This document shows positions 21,330 to 30,614 of a DNA stretch of 64,000 nucleotides, in pieces (positions within the stretch are counted from its first letter, which is position 1; each line of letters starts with the position of its first letter). Source of the stretch: Naegleria gruberi (taxonomy: Eukaryota). Made by a program: the position numbers and the translations under genes. A model generated the notes under the pieces. That model did no database searches. It worked only from the letters and a program-made list of their open reading frames with translations, and had not been told where the DNA came from. The stretch lies in assembly GCA_000004985.1 (NCBI GenBank), contig GG738869.1; one strand, given 5' to 3'.

Positions 21330-22385
21330 ATGGCAAAAGCACCAGCACAAATTGTTATGGAGAACAAATTGCGGAAATCATTAACATTAAAACAATTCAT
21401 AGAATTATCCAAGTCTACAAGAAAAAGGAGATTAGATAATCTTCGTAAGAAATTCTTTAATTCAAATTTATTTAAATATTCTTGGAGTAAATGGCGAGAT
21501 GCTATTATCGGAACAAACAATTCAATCCAATATTTATTAAAACAAAGAAAAAACATAAAAAATAATTTATCAACATCTACAATTGATACAATAATTCAAC
21601 AATTAAAAGAGGAAAGGAACAAATCTACAAAAAAAGAATCCAAAAAAGATTTTGAAAAAAAAATTAATAATTTATTACAATCTAAAAATTTATTCAAAAT
21701 CAATGTTAATTTGATATTATGTAGTAATTTGGCTAATACTATTCAACTAATGTTTTTAAGAAATATACTTCCCGAAAATACCACTACTGAGGTAACCAAT
21801 ATATTGGATAAAATTAACCAAAGAAGATCAAAGGAAAATTATTATATAGGAAGTTGGGGAAAGAGTTCTTCTTTTCTATTTAAAACTAATGACACTATTT
21901 TTAATGAATTATCTTCTCAATTTATTAAAATTATTAATTTATTAAAAAATTATGTTTTGGAAATATTGAAATTTGGAAATAACAAGATGAGGAAATTCTT
22001 AGAAAAATACAATAGTAGTGATTTTTTATCAATTTATCCGACAGTGTGTTTTAATTTTTTGGATAAATCTGTAGATGAAAATAGAATTCTACATATTCAT
22101 CCGGATAAGGAAGACACTGGAACTAGTCTAATTTTTTACTTTGGAAAGTTTAAAGGTGGAGCAATCTCATTTCCTGAATTAAATTTTAAGCTTATGGTTC
22201 AATCAGCAGATGTTTTATTGTTTGATGGTAAGAATAATTTACATGCTGTTGAATCACTTCATGGTAAAGATGATGTTAGATATTCCGTTGTATTCTTTGC
22301 TCATAAAGCAGACTTGGGTAAAACTAGTTATCCCATGAATAGAGGAGAAGTTATGAAAGGTATTAAGAATAAAATCAATAATTAA
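21330..22385 (+). CDS. Tet/JBP-family 2-oxoglutarate/Fe(II) dioxygenase (Naegleria Tet-like 5-methylcytosine dioxygenase paralogue)
   Basis: The C-terminal half 'HIHPDKEDTGTSLIFYFGKFKGGAISFPELNFKLMVQSADVLLFDGKNNLHAVESLHGKDDVRYSVVFFAHKADLGKT' carries an HxD...H iron triad. It is near-collinear with the NgTet1 core as I recall it (HKDNLD..SLFYFGNF..GYLEL..VFVQPGDVLFFKGNEYKHVVANI..GLVYFAHKGSKT). The first ATG is at 21330 (MAKAPAQ); the track start at 21297 is non-ATG. The gene is strongly AT-rich. Confidence 0.65.
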   Translation: MAKAPAQIVMENKLRKSLTLKQFIELSKSTRKRRLDNLRKKFFNSNLFKYSWSKWRDAIIGTNNSIQYLLKQRKNIKNNLSTSTIDTIIQQLKEERNKSTKKESKKDFEKKINNLLQSKNLFKINVNLILCSNLANTIQLMFLRNILPENTTTEVTNILDKINQRRSKENYYIGSWGKSSSFLFKTNDTIFNELSSQFIKIINLLKNYVLEILKFGNNKMRKFLEKYNSSDFLSIYPTVCFNFLDKSVDENRILHIHPDKEDTGTSLIFYFGKFKGGAISFPELNFKLMVQSADVLLFDGKNNLHAVESLHGKDDVRYSVVFFAHKADLGKTSYPMNRGEVMKGIKNKINN

Positions 22386-24134
22386 ATTTTAAATAATTAT
22401 TTAAATAATTTTTATAAATAATTTAATTGTATTAAAAAAATGTCTCCACACTTTAACCTCGAATTTTATTCGAGAAGCACAACAGTAATAGATGAAAGCA
22501 CTCTCGGTGGGCTTGATTTGATAATAACACACTTATACATCCTCTTGTAGGAGTATAATTAGTGTTGTTGTTGTGAGTTGAGGACGTTATTTTAATTCCT
22601 TTTCCCTTCTTCCAAAGTTTCCTGTTCAAACTTTGTTGCTTCCGTAAATCATATTATCAACAGGAAAGATCATTTAACTGCGAGCATCGTTGTTGGATAC
22701 AAACTATGCATTGACAATTCTTTTAATTATCTTGAATGTTTGGTAATTGATGGCAATGTTCATATAATCAACTCTCACCAAAGAAGAATTCTAAAATATA
22801 TCTAATGATCAGGCTGTTGATTTTCAACAACATACAGGTATTCGGAGCTATTGTAAAATAATTGTTTTACTTTGATGATTCAAATGGTTTTCAACAACTA
22901 ACATAATTCTTATCCATCTTGCAAAAAAAGAGGATACCATGACAGCAATCAACTTATATCAATATTGAAAAATCATTAGGAAATTATTCAGAAGTAGCAT
23001 GCATTGTAATTGTTGCGTTCAAAACATTTCTCAACATTAAATTCTTTCTCCACAATCAAACCCTGCTCAGCAACAATCAGAAGAGGAGCCATCTTTTAAT
23101 CTAACTTGCCATCTATGTTGAAGGAATGTACATTTAGAAATCAGTGATGTTCACCCTGAATGTGATGGATCTTTTTCTGGCTACTTGTATTGGTTGCTCC
23201 AGTAATTGCACATATGGAGGCTCTTTTAATGTTTCCAATAACCAAACTATGCTGGTGATTCCACTCCCAACCAAAACCCTATCAAAAAGAATTCTTCTAT
23301 ACAACTAGTATGAGTCATAGAGCTGTTGTCTTTCGTCCACTTTTAATAATAATATATGGTATGCTTTTGTTCAGGCTGTAATGTTTCGAGTGCAATTCAA
23401 CACCAGTGTTTTCATTCCAACCATGATTGGATCATATCTCCAAAGAGGACACTGGGTATTATTACTATTTAAAGTTGGCTACTAATAGTGAAATCTACTT
23501 GTTCGATCCAATGTTGGATGCCAAGTTCACTAGTGCTGAGCTGGCTATTGATATTTCAGATATCCTTTTTGTTTGTTGTCACTACCACCCTATTATTCAA
23601 CTTCTAGGTTTACGTTTCAAGAATCATGGGTTTATTTGGTTTAAGATGTTATGTTTCAGTATTCACGTAAATATGATGCAAGGAGGACACTTATTGCTGC
23701 TGTGGTGGTAATAGTAGCATTACCTTAGGTGTTGTAGTGTATACTACTTCATCATCTATTAATACTTATTCTCCAATTACTCAAACAAAGACAATTTCAA
23801 TCAACATTCACTATGTCAGTGCTTAATTATTCCAAGTTGTACTAAAACAACATCACTAACAAGGTGCTAAACAACTATGCTTTCCATTTCAACGCAGAGG
23901 CATATGTCTTGCGTTTGGGGCAGAGATTTAGTGCTTGAATAGTGGTTAAACAACAATGGATGGGCATTTTGGCAACTGGTTTTCAGTAGCTTCACATTCA
24001 TGTTGTTTGACTTAACAAACACTTTGGCTGCAATCTATTCACTCTTTATCCATCATTTATTCATCATTTACACCAATACTGTATTGTTTACATTTTGTAT
24101 GCTAGCTGGTTATTATTATTAATCATTAAAAAAA

Positions 24135-26864
24135 ATGGGAGTAGCGACACTTTTTACCAAAGCTGACGTTTTAAATTCCCACAACATCAAAAAGCAAAAA
24201 GAAACCAAACGTCCTGCCTTTGAAGGTGATAATGATAGATCGATTGTGGCGGCAATTAAAAAAACAAAACAACAAGCATCCAACGACTTTGAGTATTACA
24301 AGACATACAAAGAAACAGATTTCACTAATGAACAGAATTTTAGTTCAATAATTTATCAGATAATGCTAGTTCTATTGCCCTATTTTGTTTTTAAAATAAC
24401 CTCAGGATTATTAGATTTTGAATCAATATTATTATACTTTCTAGTCTCCACAAAAAAAGGCAAAGATTTATTAGCACAAGCCAATCTATATAGTACTGAG
24501 GGTGTTTCTTGGTGTGAAGCAATAGTATTTAAAGCAATTTGTAATGCAGATATAAGTATAGGGAGTTATGGTAGATTTATTGGTTGTTTAGAAGAATCTA
24601 GTAAATCAGACACATCCAGAAATAAGAAAAAGGCAAGACATTTTTTACCATCACTCTCTACAATAACAAAATATTCAAGTAGTTTACATCAAGTATTAGA
24701 TATCAATCATGCTGCAGATAGCGAAGGACTTTATTGGAGAATATTTTGTTCATCCATAGAACTTAATGACAGGACATTCAGATATGCAACGCTTCAAAAT
24801 GCAGAATTGTTTTTATTCTCATTTATTCGCTACCATGAAATGATCATAGGAGAATATATCTTCTTTGTAAAGATAAGATGTACTGTTGATGGTTCACCTT
24901 TAGAGGGAGCCTGTACTGCGTATGATATTGTATTAATTCATCCCAAGATAGATCCATTTTGTGCTCGTAATTATATTTCTGTTATTATTGCCGAGCCTAA
25001 AGAGGAAATAGCGTTCAAATTAAACATCTGGGATTTCTCTCGCCAGTTAATGCGTATCACACAGTTGAAATACTCTGTACCTAATGAAGAAACAAGAATT
25101 ATTCCTGTAAAATTTATTACCAACCCTGATAAGGGCGCCTTTAACAAAATTATAGATGTGGAAAAGGTAACGCCAATTTGTGATCCTATTTTTAATTTGG
25201 TAAATCTTTATTGCCTATTATCAATGATTTTCAATACAGATAATTCCTTAATACTACCTCTAATTCCAACAATAAGAGGAGATTGTAATAATGATAGCAA
25301 CAAAGCAAAAGGACAAGCAAATCTAGCAAAGGTTATGGAAATTAAAAAGATTATGCCTGAAACGTTACCTTATTACCACAACATTCCAACAAAATCCCAA
25401 ATATTTACTGATTTTCAATTAGATGAAGATTCTATTTTTTTAATTGAAAAATTTATCATTAAGAAACCTCAAACAGATTATTTATGTTGTATGTTTTGTT
25501 ATTTAACTAAACAAACAAAAAGAATAGCATTGAAGTATCCTGATTTGTGTACATGGAAATGGTACAGATCAAACGAAAGCTCAAGTAATGCTTTAGGCTG
25601 GCCTTTTAAAAGTTTTTCATGGTGTCTTTCGCATGATATAAGAGCCTGTGGTCAGAATCTTATTGAAGAAGAGGTGGGACAAATTGAAGAAGATAGACAA
25701 TATTTTGCCAAATTATTCAGTTCTGAATCTCCAATTGCCTCTTTGAAATGTGGTTCTAAAAAGCTAATTAATGAACAACTAGATGCCAACCTTGTTTCTG
25801 AATTTGAGTTTTGTCAATGGAGTGTATTTGAATTAAAGGTGAAAGAAGAAAAAAAGAAAAACAAAACAGGAACAGAGCTACGAACTAGTTCAGTTAAACT
25901 AATCTATGATCAGATTTTGTTTAAACAAATAGACAAAATTATAATGACAATAGATGTTTGGTATCCTCATTGGCTCACATATCGAGAAAACAAACAATTA
26001 CAGGTTTGTCAATCCCTTAACAATAATCAATCATTTGAAGATTGTACAAATGAAGAACACTCCAAGCGAGGAACATACAAACCAAAAAACTATGAACATA
26101 TATGGAAAGCTCTTCAAAAAACATACATTACTCTTCGCCAACCAAAATCTAAATGGTTAGAATGGAAGAAAACTGGATATCAAGAGCCATTGCTAATATT
26201 TAAGAATTTAAATAAGGTTTGGATAAAAGATATTTTAGGAAGAATATCAGAATATTTACACATTCATCAACATGCAGATATTGTGTTCGATGAAGTAGAA
26301 GAATCATTCGTAACAACATCAAACATTGGATCTGAATCTAAAAATTCTTTAAGAAGGAAGCGTCATGTTTCATTTGGAGTTAATGGTGGTTTAAGACATC
26401 CTTGTGATGATTCTTTATATTATGACAGCAAAAGAATTCTTAATGAATTGAAGATCCTTGCTGAGACTCCTAATATTATTGCAAGACAAGATGAGATCAA
26501 AAGAAAACAAGTTTCCGAAAAAGAAAAACTCACACAACCAAAAAAGAAAAGAAAATCTGAAACTACTACACAACCCAATCCAATAAGCTCAACCAATTCC
26601 TCAATTAATTATATCAATCCTTCCCTATTACAACCTCTACTTCCAGATAATTTTAATTCAATTACATTACACAATCAACACTCCTTCTCACCTCCTATAT
26701 ATATTCATCCTCTTCAACTCCAACCTCCACTAACTAACAATTTAACATTTTCTCAATTCAATCCTTCTCAAAATTCCAATAACCAACCAACATCTCCTTA
26801 CCAACCATCATCTCCATTTTCATTCTTTTCATCCTCCAATCCATCACCAAACTCCTTTTTATAA
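24135..26864 (+). CDS. Orphan 909-aa protein, N/K/I-rich, with a Cys-cluster ('YLCCMFCYL...CTWKW...WCLSHDIRAC') and a Pro/Ser/Gln-rich tail
   Basis: Uninterrupted ORF with ATG at 24135. No recognisable family by eye. Its composition matches the adjacent Tet gene and differs from flanking housekeeping genes. Confidence 0.55.
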   Translation: MGVATLFTKADVLNSHNIKKQKETKRPAFEGDNDRSIVAAIKKTKQQASNDFEYYKTYKETDFTNEQNFSSIIYQIMLVLLPYFVFKITSGLLDFESILLYFLVSTKKGKDLLAQANLYSTEGVSWCEAIVFKAICNADISIGSYGRFIGCLEESSKSDTSRNKKKARHFLPSLSTITKYSSSLHQVLDINHAADSEGLYWRIFCSSIELNDRTFRYATLQNAELFLFSFIRYHEMIIGEYIFFVKIRCTVDGSPLEGACTAYDIVLIHPKIDPFCARNYISVIIAEPKEEIAFKLNIWDFSRQLMRITQLKYSVPNEETRIIPVKFITNPDKGAFNKIIDVEKVTPICDPIFNLVNLYCLLSMIFNTDNSLILPLIPTIRGDCNNDSNKAKGQANLAKVMEIKKIMPETLPYYHNIPTKSQIFTDFQLDEDSIFLIEKFIIKKPQTDYLCCMFCYLTKQTKRIALKYPDLCTWKWYRSNESSSNALGWPFKSFSWCLSHDIRACGQNLIEEEVGQIEEDRQYFAKLFSSESPIASLKCGSKKLINEQLDANLVSEFEFCQWSVFELKVKEEKKKNKTGTELRTSSVKLIYDQILFKQIDKIIMTIDVWYPHWLTYRENKQLQVCQSLNNNQSFEDCTNEEHSKRGTYKPKNYEHIWKALQKTYITLRQPKSKWLEWKKTGYQEPLLIFKNLNKVWIKDILGRISEYLHIHQHADIVFDEVEESFVTTSNIGSESKNSLRRKRHVSFGVNGGLRHPCDDSLYYDSKRILNELKILAETPNIIARQDEIKRKQVSEKEKLTQPKKKRKSETTTQPNPISSTNSSINYINPSLLQPLLPDNFNSITLHNQHSFSPPIYIHPLQLQPPLTNNLTFSQFNPSQNSNNQPTSPYQPSSPFSFFSSSNPSPNSFL

Positions 26865-26897
26865 AATAAAAGGAATAATTTAAATTATAATAATTGT

Positions 26898-27659
26898 TTA
26901 ATATTTATTCCATTTAACAGATTCATCAAGCATAGAGCAGAAATAATCAAATTCAATTCTAATCATCTTCTCTTCAGGTTTGTAAATTAATTTAAATTGA
27001 TTAATTCCAAATTTCCATAAAATACCATCATGCTCCCATTTAAATGCATACCACTTATCACTAAACAAAGGAGGAAGGCTATAATTTCCAGCAAACAACC
27101 AATGATATGTTATCTTTGGAACTATTCTTCCTTCCCTTGCAATGCCACCCTCAATCAACATCTCTTCTTTTAAAATGCTATATGGTTTTGCCTTTTGTAT
27201 TTGATAATCAAAGAATAGCTTTGCTTCGTGATCATCTGTTACAGAAACATAATGTTGATGATGCCACTTGACATTATGGGTTGTATCTGGCTGAGCATTT
27301 CTAATAACTACCTCCTCAATAGTTCTCGGAAGTACCTTTAGGTATCTTGTTGCATAATATTCATCAGAATATTTTTCATCCATTATCTCACGCAGTGTTA
27401 TTGTTGGTAGGGAAGTATCAAAAAAGTATTCAAGTTGTTGTCTTTTCTCTAATGGTATGTTCACTTTCTTACTCTCTTCACTGCCTTCAAGAATGTTTGT
27501 TACTTGGCGTTTAGCTGTTTTCAAATCATCAACCTTCTCTACAACAAAACGTATTTTGTTTGTATTGTTATTCTTCTCCAACGATTTATTCATAGCTACC
27601 CTCTTACTTTTGCTCAACCTGTATACTTCAAACGTTACTTCTGTTTTGTTGGTGACCAT
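26898..27659 (-). CDS. Hypothetical protein (253 aa)
   Basis: ATG at 27659. Its stop is only 34 bp from the stop of the convergent 909-aa gene. No family assignment. Confidence 0.5.
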   Translation of the reverse strand: MVTNKTEVTFEVYRLSKSKRVAMNKSLEKNNNTNKIRFVVEKVDDLKTAKRQVTNILEGSEESKKVNIPLEKRQQLEYFFDTSLPTITLREIMDEKYSDEYYATRYLKVLPRTIEEVVIRNAQPDTTHNVKWHHQHYVSVTDDHEAKLFFDYQIQKAKPYSILKEEMLIEGGIAREGRIVPKITYHWLFAGNYSLPPLFSDKWYAFKWEHDGILWKFGINQFKLIYKPEEKMIRIEFDYFCSMLDESVKWNKY

Positions 27660-28045
27660 AGAAAATACTTGTTTGTTTTGTTTTGATTTTGTTGTTGCTC
27701 ATGTTGTTGTTGATATGTGGTGTTGTTGATGTTATTGTATTTTTTTTTACGTGAGTTTACAAATTGAAAAACAAGCAAGAATGAAACGCGGTGAAATTAC
27801 GATCAGGATTTGAAAAAATATCAAAAAAGACGTTACATAACAAACAAACCTCGTAACCGATCATCAACACTTGTACAACTTGACTCTTAACAAGTATTGT
27901 TGTTGTGGGAAGATTTTAATCTTCGTAACAAACTTCATCATCATCCGACTTTTTTAAAAACTCTCTTATCATCATCAACAAGAAGTGATTTTGTACTAGT
28001 ATTGTATTTTGGTAGTTTAATTATAATACAAGAAGATTAACCATC

Positions 28046-30412
28046 ATGGGAGGAGAAACTGAACCATCTAACGAAGCTCTAATATCACCAATTACACCTT
28101 TTTCAACCATTATTCCAAATACCTATTCTCAACAACAAGCTAATTTTGATTCAAGTACAATATCCGAAGAGAGGAATGATGGTGATAGTATCAATAGAGT
28201 TACCTCTCTTCCACCATTACCATCATTAGACTCTCCCAAGAAAAAACCTCTTCCATCCATTAACACTCTTTCTCCACCAAGAAAGACTTCAAAACCACTC
28301 CCACCAAGACCAACACAAACCTCTACGGAAATTAATAATTTAGTATTTTCTCATCCCTCTGCTATGAATACAACTTATTCTTCCGATAATTTTACCACCA
28401 ACAATCCATCCTATCCATCCACACCTCCAAAAGTTTTGTTCCGAGATTATACTGAGAATAATTTAGAGCCAGCTTCCAGTATTAATACATATAATTACGA
28501 GTTTGCAAATATAAACCCTGAACCAATATCACATATATTTACAAATGTAGATGGTAGTATGCACCGTAGTTCCTCCTTTGCGGGTACTTTGGTCAACAGA
28601 CGTTCAATTCCTTCGAATGTTGGTTTAAACTCTATACAGGAGGAAGCTATGATTCGTACTCAAAGTTATGACAAATTTAAATTGGACGAATTAAAGAAAC
28701 AAGGATCGACTGCTGCTGGCAATAATAACGGAAATAATAATAATAAGAGACATAAGAAAATATTTTATAATACTGAATTTTTGGAGAAATGCGGATTTAG
28801 TAATAATTCTATTGAACAGCAACAAATCAAACAACTGAAACAGGATGAACTTCAAGAGGAACAGATTCGTAGAATGCATTCTGAACAAGAACAAAAAATG
28901 AAGCAAATGGAATTAGAAGAGTTGGCTCTCGTCAACCGAACTTTACAACAAGAGTTCAGTTTTTCAGAATTTTTAACTTCTCAACCAAAATACTCATGGA
29001 GTGACTTTTTTGCCCATAACAAGAATGCATTTAGTTTAATCAGAGCTATGGCATCTCAATGGTCATGGGGAGAAATGACCTTGGGACTCGAATATTTTGC
29101 AAGAAGTAAGGGCAAGATGAAACGTGATTTTACTCAATTCAAATTAGAGTCAGATTTAGAGAGACTGCCAGCTTCAAACGTTGAGGTTTGGAGACATTAT
29201 GCACGTTTAACCTATCAAGTTTTTAGAGACTCGATAGAGGACATACCAAGGAACACCCGTTTGGAACTTCACAAAATTATTGCCTACGATAGAACTCAAC
29301 AAGCCATGAGACCTGGATATTTTCTGTGTGTGGACGACTATACAAAATCGGTTCTGGTTATTTTTAGAGGAACAAAATCATTTAGTGATATTCTGACTGA
29401 TTTGCACTGCTCCTCTATTCGTTACAAACATGGATATTGTCACAAAGGAATTTTGACAGCTGCTCAATATTTTGATTCGAACAAATTCATCAAGGAAGTG
29501 GTTAAAAGAACTCTTGAGCATCATCCAGGATACAAATTAAGGTTGCTGGGTCATAGCTTGGGTGGTGGTACTGCAGCTATATTGTCCACTATGTGGAAGA
29601 AAGACTTTCCTGATATTCACTGTTATGCATTTGCATGTCCACCAGTTTTATCACAAATTTTAGCTGACGAATGTGCTGACTATGTTACAAGTTTTGTAAA
29701 TGGTGATGATTTTGTAACAAGATTATCAATGACAGCTGTTCACGAATTGAGAAAGGAAGTACAGAACTATCCTTGGAAGGAGGAAATGATGAAAGATATT
29801 CAAAACTCAACACTTGGAAAGTTTGCAGCTGGAGTTAAAAATTATGCATCTGGTTTATTTAGTGGATTATTTGGAGGTAGTAAGAAGGCAGATGTAGTAG
29901 AGCCAATCATAGAAGTTAAAAAGGATGTAATCAAGACAGAACCTATCACCACAAACATTACAACAATAAGTACAGGAGAAGATGCCAAAAGAATTGAGTA
30001 CGATCAATCTAATTCATCGATGGAGGATCAAGATATTTCCAGTTCAAGTAATGCTGATGATGTGCAGAGTACAGATGAGCCTCTTTCCTCAATCTCACAA
30101 AGCACTAATGATGATGTTTTCCCTTCTTCAGGCTCAACTGTTAAAAGAAAAGTTTCCAAAAAACCAAAGAGGAACCCAGATTCTCCACTGATTATTAATG
30201 ATTATGAAAATCTTGTTGTGACTCTCTTCCCAGCTGGTTGTGTCTATCAAATTAGAAATATTGATGACACTGTGTACATAAAAAAGGCCAATAAGGAAGA
30301 CATTACTTCCATAATTTTGAGTGACAGCTACAAGGAAGATCACAGAATGATCAACTATTTATGTAATCTTGATGCTTACAATCCAATAACAACCGAGAGT
30401 AGTGTAATATAA
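28046..30412 (+). CDS. Class-3 (fungal-type) lipase domain protein, sn-1 diacylglycerol-lipase-like
   Basis: 'RLLGHSLGGGTAAILS' is a GHSLG nucleophile elbow in lipase_3 context ('YFLCVDDYTKSVLVIFRGT', 'FVNGDDFVTRL'). There is a long low-complexity N-terminus. Confidence 0.8.
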   Translation: MGGETEPSNEALISPITPFSTIIPNTYSQQQANFDSSTISEERNDGDSINRVTSLPPLPSLDSPKKKPLPSINTLSPPRKTSKPLPPRPTQTSTEINNLVFSHPSAMNTTYSSDNFTTNNPSYPSTPPKVLFRDYTENNLEPASSINTYNYEFANINPEPISHIFTNVDGSMHRSSSFAGTLVNRRSIPSNVGLNSIQEEAMIRTQSYDKFKLDELKKQGSTAAGNNNGNNNNKRHKKIFYNTEFLEKCGFSNNSIEQQQIKQLKQDELQEEQIRRMHSEQEQKMKQMELEELALVNRTLQQEFSFSEFLTSQPKYSWSDFFAHNKNAFSLIRAMASQWSWGEMTLGLEYFARSKGKMKRDFTQFKLESDLERLPASNVEVWRHYARLTYQVFRDSIEDIPRNTRLELHKIIAYDRTQQAMRPGYFLCVDDYTKSVLVIFRGTKSFSDILTDLHCSSIRYKHGYCHKGILTAAQYFDSNKFIKEVVKRTLEHHPGYKLRLLGHSLGGGTAAILSTMWKKDFPDIHCYAFACPPVLSQILADECADYVTSFVNGDDFVTRLSMTAVHELRKEVQNYPWKEEMMKDIQNSTLGKFAAGVKNYASGLFSGLFGGSKKADVVEPIIEVKKDVIKTEPITTNITTISTGEDAKRIEYDQSNSSMEDQDISSSSNADDVQSTDEPLSSISQSTNDDVFPSSGSTVKRKVSKKPKRNPDSPLIINDYENLVVTLFPAGCVYQIRNIDDTVYIKKANKEDITSIILSDSYKEDHRMINYLCNLDAYNPITTESSVI

Positions 30413-30614
30413 TGTAAATAAAATCTCGATTTTTGACCATTAAGGAATTTAATCATTTCACAACAAACAATTAGAAAGCACAATTTTCTTTTTTTGTATT
30501 GGAAAGGGAGCAAGCAATTAATTGAACTCAATTCGGAAATATTGAGCTATAATTTTAGAATGGATGTTGTATTGGTTGTGGTTGTATGGTTGCTAAAATA
30601 ATCAATCCTACAAA

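Noticed and set aside
23427-23711. 94-aa ORF in the desert between the Tet gene and the 909-aa gene
   Set aside because: It is hydrophobic/low-complexity with no motif. It lies in degenerate DNA and is likely spurious.
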